Notes under the pieces: generated by a model | Told to the model about the DNA's origin: nothing | Seen by the model: only the letters and a program-made list of their open reading frames with translations | Database searches by the model: none | DNA from: Candidatus Latescibacterota bacterium | Lineage (GTDB): Bacteria > Latescibacterota > UBA2968 > GCA-2709665 | Assembly (NCBI GenBank): GCA_965116875.1 | Contig: OZ220733.1 | Span: 3,936,001 to 4,000,000 of the forward strand | Length of the DNA stretch: 64,000 nt | Direction of reading: 5' to 3' | Made by a program: the position numbers and the translations under genes | Part shown: in pieces, positions 1 through 10,005 of the stretch | Layout: every line of letters begins with the position of its first letter | How positions within the stretch are numbered: position 1 is the first letter of the stretch

Positions 1-22
1 GACTTCCTTCCGGCAAGCCTCC

Positions 23-910
23 ATGATGCTGCAAATCGAAAACCAGAATCCAGGTAGAAACCGCCGTTTGCCGGACTGGTTCCGGGTACCTGCGCCCGGC
101 AACGCAGGGTACCTGGGACTGAAGCGCCTCATGCGCGAACTGGACCTGCACACCGTTTGCGAGAGCGCGAAGTGTCCGAATATCGGCGAATGCTGGGGCG
201 CCGGTACGGCAACGTTCATGATTCTGGGGGACATCTGTACTCGCAGCTGCGGGTTTTGCGCCGTAAAGACCGGACGTCCGCAGGGTCTCGACATGGATGA
301 ACCCGGCCGGGTTGCCCAGGCCGTCGTGCGGCTGGGTCTGAGACACGCCGTAGTGACATCGGTAAACCGTGACGAACTGCCGGACGGAGGCGCGTCGATA
401 TTCGCGGCTACCATCAGGGAAATCCGACGTATGCGTCCTGAGACACGGGTGGAGGTGCTGATTCCGGATTTTCAGGGAAACTGGAGGGCGCTGGATCTGG
501 TGATGTCGGCCGGCCCCGATATACTGAACCACAACGTGGAGACGCCTCCCCGGCTCTATCGTCTGATGCGCCCCCAGGCCAACTACGCCCAATCCCTCGA
601 ATTGCTCCGGCGAGCCGGAATCATCAGTCCGGGCATCCCAACGAAATCCGGCATCATGGTCGGCGCTGGAGAAACCGTGGAGGAAGTGTACCAGACCATC
701 GACGAAATCGCCGAACAGGGAACGGACATACTCACGGTGGGTCAATATCTGCAGCCTTCTCCGGCGCATGTTTCCATTGCGAGATTCTACCATCCGGATG
801 AATTCGAGAAGATCCGGCGCTTCGCGGAGACGCGAGGATTCCGACACGTGGAGTCGGGTCCGCTTGTGCGGAGTTCCTATCACGCCGCAAACCATGCGAT
901 TGCAGGATGA
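23..910 (+). CDS. lipA: Lipoyl synthase (radical SAM)
   Basis: [12 protein letters not shown] (CX4CX5C) and CTRSCGFC (CX3CX2C) cluster motifs, NHNVET, and C-terminal PLVRSSY; 295 aa. Confidence 0.97.
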   Translation: MMLQIENQNPGRNRRLPDWFRVPAPGNAGYLGLKRLMRELDLHTVCESAKCPNIGECWGAGTATFMILGDICTRSCGFCAVKTGRPQGLDMDEPGRVAQAVVRLGLRHAVVTSVNRDELPDGGASIFAATIREIRRMRPETRVEVLIPDFQGNWRALDLVMSAGPDILNHNVETPPRLYRLMRPQANYAQSLELLRRAGIISPGIPTKSGIMVGAGETVEEVYQTIDEIAEQGTDILTVGQYLQPSPAHVSIARFYHPDEFEKIRRFAETRGFRHVESGPLVRSSYHAANHAIAG

Positions 911-914
911 GACC

Positions 915-1331
915 GTGTTCCGTTTGAGTCGATGGCGTCCGAAAAGCCGGCGCCGGACCGCGCAGACCGCTCCCGCGGACGCGGGACAGGTTCCTGGCTT
1001 TATACGGGTGGCTTCGATTCATGAAGTCCCCCCGGGTACCGGCAAACTCGTAACGATGATGGGCCGTGAAGTCGGGCTCTTCAACGTGGACGGAAGAATC
1101 GAGGCGATTGACAATACCTGTCCACACAACCACCGACCGATCGGGACAGATGGGTTCAGAGGCGGGGCCGTGACCTGTTTCTGGCACAACCTGACGTTCG
1201 ACCTTGCGTCCGGCAAATGTACCGAGGCGCCTCATTTCAAAATCAGGAAGTATCCCGTGCGTGTCCGGAGCCAGGAGATCTACGTGTCTCCCCGCGCTGA
1301 GGGATTGCCGGGCGCTTTGGAGTTGACTTGA
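915..1331 (+). CDS. Rieske [2Fe-2S] ferredoxin (NirD/dioxygenase ferredoxin-like)
   Basis: IDNTCPH...VTCFWH..FDLASG Rieske ligand motifs. Start uncertain (GTG 915 just after the lipA stop, or ATG 894). Confidence 0.85.
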   Translation: MFRLSRWRPKSRRRTAQTAPADAGQVPGFIRVASIHEVPPGTGKLVTMMGREVGLFNVDGRIEAIDNTCPHNHRPIGTDGFRGGAVTCFWHNLTFDLASGKCTEAPHFKIRKYPVRVRSQEIYVSPRAEGLPGALELT

Positions 1332-1351
1332 ATATTGGAGTTCAATACATT
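1323..1351 (+). promoter_or_regulatory. Putative sigma70 promoter for the GWxTD gene
   Basis: TTGACT (1323-1328), 17 nt spacer, TACATT (1346-1351). Confidence 0.45.
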
Positions 1352-1465
1352 GCCTGTTTCGGCCCGGGATGCGAAACCATTCGCACGAGGCTGGCTCCGC
1401 GCGGCGAATAACTCCATGGAAGCAGTTTTTACAGTCAGCATCTGACAATCTCGGAGAATCGGCAA

Positions 1466-2842
1466 ATGAAAAACAGGGATCGGCTTTGGGTGTGCGCCCT
1501 GCTGTTCGCGGGCGTTTTGTTCCTGGGCGTGAAGGGGCACTGCGCCGAGGCTGAGCGCCTGGACCTGCCGTTTATCGGCGAAGGGGACCTGGCATTTTTC
1601 ACCGACACCGCGGGATTCCAGGCGTCCGTGGGTTTCACGCGACAGGAGATCTACGTCCTGCTGGACGCGAGTCAGTTGAAATTCAGGCGCAAAAGGAAAC
1701 GATATGAAGCGGAAATGGAACTGTCTGTTTCACTGACCGATTCCGCGGGCGTCGTCGTCAATGAAGAAACCTGGAAGCGCAAGGTCTGGGTCGAAAGCGC
1801 CGACGACGTCGAGGGTGCGGGACTGCCCTTTCGCGATATGATCGGATTCGATCTGAAGCCGGGCACGTATCGAATGACCCTTTCAATTCGTGACCTCAAG
1901 GAGAAAAAAAGGGCCGTTGCCGAGGGGGACCTGCGGGTCCGGGATTTCGAGGAGCAGGCATTGAGATCCAGCGACCTCCTGTTCGCATCCGGGCTGTCCA
2001 GAACGGACTCGGAAGGCAGGTTCTCGAGATACGGCTGGCAGGTGACGCCCAACGTGACCCGGACCTATCCGGCCGGCGGGGACATCGAAGTTTATTTTGA
2101 GATCTATCACCTCTCGGCGCCCGTCGAGGGTGCGGACAATACGTTTCTGCTGGGGTACAGCGTGCTGGATACTGCCGGGGCCGTGGTGGCGAAGTTTGCC
2201 GACCAGAGGTTGATGAAGCCCGGCACCAGCGCCGTGAAGACGGAGATCTTCAGTACCGGCGAACTGCGACCGGGCCGGTACTTTTTTCAAGTCGAGGCGC
2301 TGGACCGGAGCAATCGCGCCGTCCACAGATCGAGACGGATGATTTCTCTGGCAAGGCAGCGGGAAGTCGTAGAGTTGTCACAGGAGGAACGGGACAATAT
2401 CCGATACTACAGGGAAATTCGATATATCGCGAAAGGTTCTCAGTGGAAGGAATACCGGAAACTGAAAAACCGTATGGACCAGATGGCGTTCCTGAAGGTC
2501 TTCTGGAAGGAACTGGACCCAACCCCGGCGACCGACGAAAACGAGCGCCTGATCCAGCACATCCATCGAATGCGTTTCGCGGAGAACAACTACGCCGCGG
2601 GCCGCGGCAAGCGGGGGTCGGATACGGACAAGGGCCGAATCTATATCAAGTTTGGCGAGCCGAGCGATATTCAATACAATCTGGCGGCGTCCAACGAAAA
2701 GCCGTTTGAAGTCTGGACTTACGAAGAACAGCGCGGTGTCCGATTCATCTTCGTGGATCGGCGCGGCGCGGGTGTATTCGAACTCGTACACTCAACGCAT
2801 CCGGCGGAAACGTACAACCCGAATTGGCGGCTGATGGAGTAG
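1466..2842 (+). CDS. GWxTD domain-containing secreted protein
   Basis: N-terminal signal peptide and Ig-like beta regions. C-terminal FWKELDPTPATDENE...GSDTDKGRIYIKFGEP...YEVWTY-like (FEVWTY)...FIFVD matches the GWxTD domain pattern. Confidence 0.85.
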   Translation: MKNRDRLWVCALLFAGVLFLGVKGHCAEAERLDLPFIGEGDLAFFTDTAGFQASVGFTRQEIYVLLDASQLKFRRKRKRYEAEMELSVSLTDSAGVVVNEETWKRKVWVESADDVEGAGLPFRDMIGFDLKPGTYRMTLSIRDLKEKKRAVAEGDLRVRDFEEQALRSSDLLFASGLSRTDSEGRFSRYGWQVTPNVTRTYPAGGDIEVYFEIYHLSAPVEGADNTFLLGYSVLDTAGAVVAKFADQRLMKPGTSAVKTEIFSTGELRPGRYFFQVEALDRSNRAVHRSRRMISLARQREVVELSQEERDNIRYYREIRYIAKGSQWKEYRKLKNRMDQMAFLKVFWKELDPTPATDENERLIQHIHRMRFAENNYAAGRGKRGSDTDKGRIYIKFGEPSDIQYNLAASNEKPFEVWTYEEQRGVRFIFVDRRGAGVFELVHSTHPAETYNPNWRLME

Positions 2843-2907
2843 CGTCCGGACAGGGGGCGTGAACTCCCGGGGCGGCCGCAGCCCGCATGGATTTTTTCAA
2901 CGGGCTG
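2843..2907. mobile_element. Degenerate copy of MITE family A (right end intact)
   Basis: GCAGCCCGCATGGATTTTTTCAACGGGCTG|CTAA closely matches the right ends of the copies at 28859-28942 and 39789-39948. The left end is eroded (TAG|CGTCCG). Confidence 0.65.
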
Positions 2908-2929
2908 CTAACCATCCAGAGGAATCGCG

Positions 2930-5900
2930 GTGGATCCTAGGTTTCTCCTTGAAGAAGGCGTCGGGATCTTTACCGGCAATGAGCTCATTGTCAAGGGCGG
3001 TCTCGAGCACCGCATGGGTATGCTTACCGGCTACCCCGGTTCTCCGGTCGCAGAGGTCTTCGATGCCGCTGAGCGCATCCGGGAACTGCTCGTGGAACAG
3101 GGCGTGGTGGTGCAGATTGCCAACAACGAAGCGCTCAGCGCCGCGCGGCTTAACGGTTCCCAGATGACGCCCGTGCGCGCGATGGCGGTGATGAAGAGCG
3201 TGGGCGCCCACGTGGCTTCCGACGGGCTTGCCCTCGGCAATATGGCGGGAACGGCGCCGGGCGGCGCGGCCGTGGCCGTGTTCGGTGACGATACGTGGTC
3301 GGAGGGCACCCAGGTTCCCGCCGATTCCCGGTTTATCGCGAAACACCTGTATATGCCCATTCTTGAGCCGAGCACGTTCCAGGAACTCAAGGACTGGATC
3401 GGCGTCGCCTTCGATCTTTCGGAAAAGACTCGCCTCTATGTGGCCTATCTCATTACCTCCAACCAGGCGGACGGCGGGGGCACCGTTACGGTAGCTCCCA
3501 ATCGTTTTCCCCACCTGACACCGCACGCGCCAATAACCATAGACAGCGACACGATTCCGCTCGACGACAGGGTGATCATCCCACCAAGCACCGCCATCAA
3601 GGAGGAAGACGTACTGCACCGGCGGATGCCGGAATTGCTGGAATACGCCCGCGAATACAAACTGAACCGCCTTCTGTATCCGCCTGAATCGGGGAAGAGA
3701 CGCATTGGTTTCGTCAGTTCCAGCCTCGCGTATTGCTACCTGGAGCATGTGTTGAATATGCTGGGGCTGGAAGGCAGCATCCCCATACTGAAATACGGGC
3801 TGACGTATCCGGTAGACCCGGTAATCCTGAAGGCATTCGTGGGATCTGTCGATGATATCTACGTGGTGGAAGAGAAACGCGGGTTTCTGGAGGGGCAGAT
3901 TACGGCCGCGCTGCAGGCATTGCATCAGGATGGAGAGATCGGCCCGTTCCGGGTCTGGGGCAAGCGTTTTCCTGACGGTCAACCGGGATTTCCGGACAGC
4001 AAGGGCATGAACCCGTCCATCCTCCTCAAAGCGCTCGCGCCCGTCCTGCTGGATCTGGACGACCCCGCGGTCCCCGTCGACCGTGGTCGGATCGCGCAGG
4101 AAGTCGACCTTGTCGACGAAACAGCCGGTTACCAGGTGGAGGCGGCCGTACGCACCCCCTCATTCTGTCCCGGTTGTCCGCATCGGGATTCCGCGAGCGT
4201 GCTGAACCGGGTCATCGACGATTTCGGCAATGCGGATTATATGCGGAAACACCATCACCGGGATCCGGCTGACCTGGTGTTTCACGGCGATATCGGGTGC
4301 TATTCCCTGTTGAAATACAAGCCCTTCGACCGGCTGATGCACAATCTGTCCGGGATGGGGCTGGGCGGAGGCACGGGAGCCGGGATCGATCCCTATATTG
4401 ACAATAAGCAGCTTGTCTTTATGGGAGACTCGACCTTTTTTCACAGCGGAATGGCGGCGATTTCCGATTCGATAAAGCACGGCCAGGACATTACCTACGT
4501 CATTCTGGACAACAAGACAACGGCAATGACCGGCCACCAGCCCACGCCCGGCGTTGACGTGGACATTCTGGGCAAGCCGACGTTTGCACAGGATATCGAA
4601 CAGGTTGTGCGGGGCATGGCCGGCGACGGCGACAGCGTCTTTATTGCGAGGATGGATCCGGCGGAACGCGCACCCTACCGGCAGACACTGGAGCGTGCGG
4701 TGTTGAAGGACGGTGTCAAGATCGTCATCGCCGACAAGGAATGCGGGATTACGTTTCACCGCAGGCAGCGCGCGATGCAGAACGAGACCGTGCAGGACAG
4801 GGGATACCTGCCGGAGGAACGCCACGTCAACATCACGCCGGAGGTCTGCGAATATTGCCTGGAATGTACGCGGGCAACCGGATGCAGCGGATTGACGGTG
4901 GAGGAGACGTTGCACGGCCCCAAGATCGCCACCGATCTTTCCCTGTGCGTGGCGGACGGCGCCTGCACGAAGGTGACCGTTTCAAATGGCGATGGCACAT
5001 GCCCGTCGTTCGAGGAAGTGATCGTCAGACGCACCCGGCCGGCGCAAAGACAGACGGAAGCCATCGACCTGTCTGACCTGCCTGCGCCGGAAGTGAGCTC
5101 CTTCGACGCCACCTGGTACGCGTACATTGCGGGGGTGGGCGGCATGGGCATCAACACCATCGCCGCGATTCTCTCCGTAGCCGGCGCAAGGCAGGGCTAT
5201 GCCGTGCGATTCACGAACAAGAAGGGGCTGGCCATCCGAAACGGCGCCGTGTATTCCCATGTCAGTTTTACGAAGGGTGACCGCGTCATTTCCCAGATCA
5301 CGCCCTACGGCCACGCCAATCTTCTGCTTGGGCTGGATATTCTGGAAGCGGTGCGTGGTCTGGAGTCGATGGGAAACGGTCGCGTCGCCAGTCCGAGGCA
5401 TACATCCGCGGTGGTGGAGACGGGGAAGCGGCATACGGTGCTCACGCTCACCGGGCAGGACGAATTCGATACCGCGGAACTGGAGGACGTACTCAAGAGG
5501 CACACGAAGTCCGAGGGGTATTTCGGGATGGACCTGGGGGAGATCTCGGAGCGATTCCTGGGCAACAAGATCTATGCGAACAGTATCCTTCTCGGAGTTG
5601 CCTATCAGCGGGGTGTGCTGCCGCTGGATCTGGAAAACATCAAGTGGTCGATGCGGCGCAACATCAAACGCAGCGACCTCGATCCGAATTTTAAAGCTTT
5701 CGATCTCGGCCGCAAAATCGCCATCGAACCGGAAGTCGTCTCGGAGGAGAAACCATTGCTTTCCTGCAGCGAACTGATCGAAGACAAGGCCGGCATTCTG
5801 GAGCGCGGAAAGGGCAGGAAAGCGAGGGCCGCGTACCTCGAACTTACTGCCGACGCGGCGCTGTTGGACCTTGCCGAAGAGGATCGTCTGCAGTTTGCCC

Positions 5901-6535
5901 TGGGTGTGTACGATCTGATGCAGTGGGACGGCGCCCGGTACGCCGGGTCGTACGTAAGGCGCGTGCGCAAGGTGTACGAAAAGGATCGGCCGGAGGAGGA
6001 GTACGAAGCCACGCGCGCGGTCATTCGCTACCTGCCGCGCGTGATGGCCTACAAGGACGAGGTGTACGTCGCCCATCTGCTGACAAGCGAAGAGAAATAC
6101 CGACGCGATTGCGAGCGATACAACGTGTGCGAGGAGCGGGGAGACCGGATATCGTACCGCCATTTCAACCGGGGCAATTTCAATATCCTGGGGTTCAACG
6201 TGTATCTCAAGCTGACCACCAGGGACTGGATGCTGAAGCTGATGAGACGGTTGAAATTCCTGCGCAAGCTGATGCCGTCGTGGCATAGGGAAGAGAAGGC
6301 GTACCGCGATTGGTATATCGAGTTTGTCGATCGGTTCGAGTTCGATCACGAAGAGAAGTACGCGGACTACGTGCGGGTGTTCCGGCTGCCCGACGAAGTG
6401 CGCGGATATCGCGAGGTCATCCGACCCAAGATCGAGGCCGCGTATCAGGCGGCCGCGGCGATGATGGACGGCAACGGACGTCCCCGGTCCGTGGAACCCT
6501 ATCTCTCAATCGAGCCCGTTGTCGAACGGGTCTGA
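2930..6535 (+). CDS. Indolepyruvate ferredoxin oxidoreductase family protein, single-chain (alpha+beta fused)
   Basis: TGYPGSP, NEALSA, RTPSFCPGCPH, GDIGCY, GDSTFFHSG TPP motif, NKTTAMTGHQP, CEYCLEC..C ferredoxin segment, beta-type GVGGMG and GLAIRNGAV, C-terminal MAYKDEVYVA...LPDEVRGYREV. GTG start after GAGGA. Confidence 0.93.
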   Translation: MDPRFLLEEGVGIFTGNELIVKGGLEHRMGMLTGYPGSPVAEVFDAAERIRELLVEQGVVVQIANNEALSAARLNGSQMTPVRAMAVMKSVGAHVASDGLALGNMAGTAPGGAAVAVFGDDTWSEGTQVPADSRFIAKHLYMPILEPSTFQELKDWIGVAFDLSEKTRLYVAYLITSNQADGGGTVTVAPNRFPHLTPHAPITIDSDTIPLDDRVIIPPSTAIKEEDVLHRRMPELLEYAREYKLNRLLYPPESGKRRIGFVSSSLAYCYLEHVLNMLGLEGSIPILKYGLTYPVDPVILKAFVGSVDDIYVVEEKRGFLEGQITAALQALHQDGEIGPFRVWGKRFPDGQPGFPDSKGMNPSILLKALAPVLLDLDDPAVPVDRGRIAQEVDLVDETAGYQVEAAVRTPSFCPGCPHRDSASVLNRVIDDFGNADYMRKHHHRDPADLVFHGDIGCYSLLKYKPFDRLMHNLSGMGLGGGTGAGIDPYIDNKQLVFMGDSTFFHSGMAAISDSIKHGQDITYVILDNKTTAMTGHQPTPGVDVDILGKPTFAQDIEQVVRGMAGDGDSVFIARMDPAERAPYRQTLERAVLKDGVKIVIADKECGITFHRRQRAMQNETVQDRGYLPEERHVNITPEVCEYCLECTRATGCSGLTVEETLHGPKIATDLSLCVADGACTKVTVSNGDGTCPSFEEVIVRRTRPAQRQTEAIDLSDLPAPEVSSFDATWYAYIAGVGGMGINTIAAILSVAGARQGYAVRFTNKKGLAIRNGAVYSHVSFTKGDRVISQITPYGHANLLLGLDILEAVRGLESMGNGRVASPRHTSAVVETGKRHTVLTLTGQDEFDTAELEDVLKRHTKSEGYFGMDLGEISERFLGNKIYANSILLGVAYQRGVLPLDLENIKWSMRRNIKRSDLDPNFKAFDLGRKIAIEPEVVSEEKPLLSCSELIEDKAGILERGKGRKARAAYLELTADAALLDLAEEDRLQFALGVYDLMQWDGARYAGSYVRRVRKVYEKDRPEEEYEATRAVIRYLPRVMAYKDEVYVAHLLTSEEKYRRDCERYNVCEERGDRISYRHFNRGNFNILGFNVYLKLTTRDWMLKLMRRLKFLRKLMPSWHREEKAYRDWYIEFVDRFEFDHEEKYADYVRVFRLPDEVRGYREVIRPKIEAAYQAAAAMMDGNGRPRSVEPYLSIEPVVERV

Positions 6536-6603
6536 ACCGAAAGACAGTTGAATCGGCCGCCGAATGTTGCGGTATTGTCGGGGCAGGACACCGGGAAGGA
6601 GAT

Positions 6604-7653
6604 ATGTTACGGGTTGGAGTCGCCGGATTGAGGCGTGGACGAGGCCTTGCGAAGACCTTTCACAACCATCCGGAAACGCGTCTTGCCGCCATTTGCGACC
6701 CGGTAGCGGACCGGCGGGAGCAGGAGGCCGAGGCCTTCGGCGTCGAACGGGCGTACGCGGATTTCGACGCGTTTCTGTCGGCGGACCTGGACGTGGTCGT
6801 CGTGGCAACGCCGGCGCCCCTTCACGCGGCGCAGTCCATTCTGGCAATGGAAGCCGGTGCGCATGTCCTGAGCGAGGTCCCGGCCGCCTGGTCGCTGGAG
6901 GAATGTGAGGCCCTTGCCGGGGCCGTTCGGCGCACCGGACAGTTCTACATGATGGCGGAGAACATGAACTTCTACCATTATGTTCAGGACTGGAAATCGA
7001 AAATCCGGTCGGGCGCGATCGGCCGCGTTTTCTACGCTGAAGCGGAGTATATACACGATTGCCGGAAGCTGATGCGGGGTCCGGGCGGTGAACTGACGTG
7101 GCGGGCATCCATGCCGCCGATCTACTATTGCACCCACAGCCTGGGACCGGTGCTGGATATCCTGGACGACCGGTGCGTCACCGCGGTGGGCATGTCCACC
7201 GGCACGCATACGGCGCCCGATATCGGTTCGATCGACATGCAGGTGGGGTTGTTCCGGACGGAGAAGGGAAGCGTCATCAAGATCCTGTGCGGGTTTACCG
7301 TCACCCGGGAACCCGGCATGCACTGGCAGATTTTCTACGGTACCGGGGGTACCCTGGAAAACAGACGGGCGCCCTGGGAAGACGCCAAGATCTTCCGTTC
7401 GGGCGAAGGACCCATGATGGCGTTTCCGGCGCAGGACTCGGATCCCGATGCGCCCGACGAGGCGTTGGCGGGTGGACACGGCACGTCGGAATTCTACATG
7501 GTGGACCGTTTTGTACGGGCAGTGACCGGCAGAGGTCCCGTACCGATTGACGTATACCGTTCTCTGGACTTCTCGGTCCCCGGCCTGTGCGCGCATCGGT
7601 CGGCCCAACAGGGCGGCGAGCCGGTTGAGGTACCGGACTACAGGGTTTATTGA
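6604..7653 (+). CDS. Gfo/Idh/MocA family NAD(P)-dependent oxidoreductase
   Basis: MLRVGVAGLRRG Rossmann start, VVVATPAPLH, HVLSEVP, YAEAEYIHD, YCTHSLGP, GGHGTSE. RBS GAAGGA before ATG 6604. Confidence 0.9.
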   Translation: MLRVGVAGLRRGRGLAKTFHNHPETRLAAICDPVADRREQEAEAFGVERAYADFDAFLSADLDVVVVATPAPLHAAQSILAMEAGAHVLSEVPAAWSLEECEALAGAVRRTGQFYMMAENMNFYHYVQDWKSKIRSGAIGRVFYAEAEYIHDCRKLMRGPGGELTWRASMPPIYYCTHSLGPVLDILDDRCVTAVGMSTGTHTAPDIGSIDMQVGLFRTEKGSVIKILCGFTVTREPGMHWQIFYGTGGTLENRRAPWEDAKIFRSGEGPMMAFPAQDSDPDAPDEALAGGHGTSEFYMVDRFVRAVTGRGPVPIDVYRSLDFSVPGLCAHRSAQQGGEPVEVPDYRVY

Positions 7654-7814
7654 TCCATAGCCGGCGCCAGCCAATGCCTTTGGATTCATGAAACGGCCGG
7701 GCCGATAGCAATTGTACTGCTGACAATCAAGCGGGGTTTCTGAGACGGGTCCGGCCGATGCCCTGAAAGCCGGCGAGAAAGGATCCCGTCTTCAATCTTT
7801 AAGGAGGGTGTGTT

Positions 7815-8960
7815 TTGGCTGCCAATGAGTGGACGACGTTCAATGCTTCGGGGAATCTGCGCGTGGTGGTTACGAAAGAGCTTCCTGGCGACCGCTGGCT
7901 GAATATTCTGGAACAGGCCGGCTGCCGCGTTGAATACAACACCTCCATCCGGATCCTGGAGGTGGATGAAATCAAGGCGGCGATCGGCGACCGGTGCGAC
8001 GGCGTGATCGGGCAGCTCACGGAGGATTGGGGCGAACCGCTCTTTGCGGTGCTGAAAGCGGCGGGCGGCAGAGCGTACAGCAACTATGCGGTCGGTTTCA
8101 ACAACGTGGACGTGGATGCGGCCACCCGAAATGGTATCCCCGTGGGAAACACGCCCGGTGTCTTGACGGAGACCACTGCGGAGATGGCGATTGCGCTTAC
8201 GTTTTCCGCCGCGCGCCGCGTGGTGGAGGCCGATGAATACATGCGGGGCGGGAGGTACGAAGGATGGCTCCCGACCCTGTTCCTCGGGCAGTTGCTGAAC
8301 CGGAAGACCGTGGGCGTGGTTGGCGCCGGGCGAATCGGAGCGACGTACGCGCGGATGATGGTCGAAGGGTTCAAAATGAACTTCGTGTACTACGATCCCT
8401 ACCCCAATGAAAGGCTGGAGGATTACATTCGGGATTACGCCGCGTTCCTTGAGGGACACGGTGAAGAGCCTGTGAGCGTTACCCGGGCGGACTCGGTGGA
8501 ACAGGTCCTGAGCGAGGCCGACGTGGTCAGCCTGCATCCGCTTCTGGATCCGACGACCCACCACCTGATGAACGAGGAACGCCTGAACCTGATGAAGTCG
8601 GACGCGATTCTCGTGAATGCCAGCCGCGGCCCGGTCATCGATGAAAACGCGCTCGTTGCTCATTGCAGGAAAAATCCGGACTTCCGCGTGGGGCTCGATG
8701 TCTTCGAAGACGAGCCGGAAATGAAGCCCGGACTGAATGAACTGAACAACGTGGTGATTGTCCCGCACATTGCGTCGGCGACAAGCTGGACGCGTGAGGG
8801 TATGGCAACGCTCGCCGCCAGCAACGTGGCCGGCGTTCTGAGAGGCCTTCCCACGTGGTCGGACCAGGACGACATCCTGCCGTTCCTGGGCGACGACGCT
8901 CCGGACGCATGTCCGAGTATCGTGAATGCAGAAGAGCTGGGACTGCCGGTGGCCGGGTAA
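7815..8960 (+). CDS. D-glycerate dehydrogenase / hydroxypyruvate reductase (plant HPR1-like)
   Basis: D-2-hydroxyacid dehydrogenase motifs AVGFNNVD, NTPGVLTETTAE, GAGRIG, NASRG, GLDVFEDEP, PHIAS. TTG start with RBS AAGGAGG at 7801. Confidence 0.92.
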   Translation: MAANEWTTFNASGNLRVVVTKELPGDRWLNILEQAGCRVEYNTSIRILEVDEIKAAIGDRCDGVIGQLTEDWGEPLFAVLKAAGGRAYSNYAVGFNNVDVDAATRNGIPVGNTPGVLTETTAEMAIALTFSAARRVVEADEYMRGGRYEGWLPTLFLGQLLNRKTVGVVGAGRIGATYARMMVEGFKMNFVYYDPYPNERLEDYIRDYAAFLEGHGEEPVSVTRADSVEQVLSEADVVSLHPLLDPTTHHLMNEERLNLMKSDAILVNASRGPVIDENALVAHCRKNPDFRVGLDVFEDEPEMKPGLNELNNVVIVPHIASATSWTREGMATLAASNVAGVLRGLPTWSDQDDILPFLGDDAPDACPSIVNAEELGLPVAG

Positions 8961-8982
8961 CTGAACCGGTCCTTGTGCCCGT

Positions 8983-9029
8983 ACAGCGGCGGGGTTCCGC
9001 GCGAACAAGGCGTGAAATCCCGCCGCTGT
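8983..9029. terminator. Long hairpin between convergent genes (probable bidirectional terminator)
   Basis: ACAGCGGCGGG...CCCGCCGCTGT, an 11-bp perfect inverted repeat with further internal pairing, between the stops at 8960 and 9053. Confidence 0.55.
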
Positions 9030-9052
9030 CGTTTATCGTGGCACGCCAACCT

Positions 9053-9925
9053 TCAGTCCGTTATCTTTGCAATGGCGATCCCGGATTCGCCCGCGACCGA
9101 GTAGAGGAGGTAGGTATCGTCGCCCTCCCGGTAGATTCCCGGATCGCGAAGTTGCCGGACCCGTTCCGGCGACCATCCGCGGCGGGAGGGTTGCAGGGGC
9201 AGGTCCGCCCCTTCGTAGTCGGTTTCCGGTTCGAGTATGACCACGGCCTCCGATGCCCGCCAGTTCATCCAGTCCGAGGTCAATTCAACCCGGGACAGCA
9301 GGATGCGCTCGGGGCAGTCGTGGGCGTTGGAATAGAAGACCGAGAGCGTGTTGCCGTCCAGCTTCAGCGCGGTGTGGCGCTGGTCCTCGGAGAACAGCGC
9401 GGGCCCCTGCAGGAATCCCGTGAGGCCGTCCATCGATCGATAGAAGACCCCGGGCATCCCCAGAGCGTACGTCGCGCCTCGCCACCGGAAGACCCTGAAG
9501 TAGGAGTTGCCGAGGTTTTCCGGCCGTGCGGTAAAGTGAATCCCGTCCGAAGACAGCGCGACTTTGGACTGTTGGCCCCGGCCCGGCACAGGGCCGTGAT
9601 AATACATCCTGATTTCACGACTCCCGTGGTCCACGTGGACGTCCGGCGAGGCAAGATGGCCGGTCGTGTACCCGTCGTTCAGGTGCAGCACGCCGGGTTC
9701 GTAGGTGGTCCAGGGGCCTGAGAGACGGTCCGCATACGCCAGGCGGATGTACTCGCCCCGATGGTGGCCGAAATAGAGATAGTACTTTCCGACGGGGTTG
9801 GGCAGCCAGTCGGGCGTCCGGACGAGCGAGGGTCCGTTGACGTTGGCGCCCATGCGGGCGTCCATGTGCGGGCGGATCATGGGGTTGTTCGGAAGGCGTT
9901 CAACGCGCATTGTCGGTGTCTCCAT
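9053..9925 (-). CDS. Five-bladed beta-propeller, glycoside-hydrolase-like protein (GH43/32/130-like fold), function unknown
   Basis: NVNGPSL, YYLYFGHH..YIRLAYADRLSGPW, HLASPDV, QLRDPGIY..YLLYSVAGE repeats typical of this fold. No signal peptide. Confidence 0.65.
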   Translation of the reverse strand: METPTMRVERLPNNPMIRPHMDARMGANVNGPSLVRTPDWLPNPVGKYYLYFGHHRGEYIRLAYADRLSGPWTTYEPGVLHLNDGYTTGHLASPDVHVDHGSREIRMYYHGPVPGRGQQSKVALSSDGIHFTARPENLGNSYFRVFRWRGATYALGMPGVFYRSMDGLTGFLQGPALFSEDQRHTALKLDGNTLSVFYSNAHDCPERILLSRVELTSDWMNWRASEAVVILEPETDYEGADLPLQPSRRGWSPERVRQLRDPGIYREGDDTYLLYSVAGESGIAIAKITD

Positions 9926-10005
9926 GAACTTGGTGACGGTTCGACGATAGCGCCCCGTTTCGGAGGGTTTTATCGCGTCGCCGCGTTGCCGTTATTTTCG
10001 GATTG

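Noticed and set aside
1368-1410. GCGAAACCATTCG segment resembling a c-di-GMP-I riboswitch P2 start (also near 36042)
   Set aside because: Lacks the GNRA tetraloop/receptor and the downstream GCAAAGC-like elements; the match is too short.
6310-6603. Long upstream extensions in the ORF track (also 22359, 11905, 49291, 36106)
   Set aside because: They overlap neighbouring genes or leaders, while downstream ATGs have RBSs and coincide with family N-termini.
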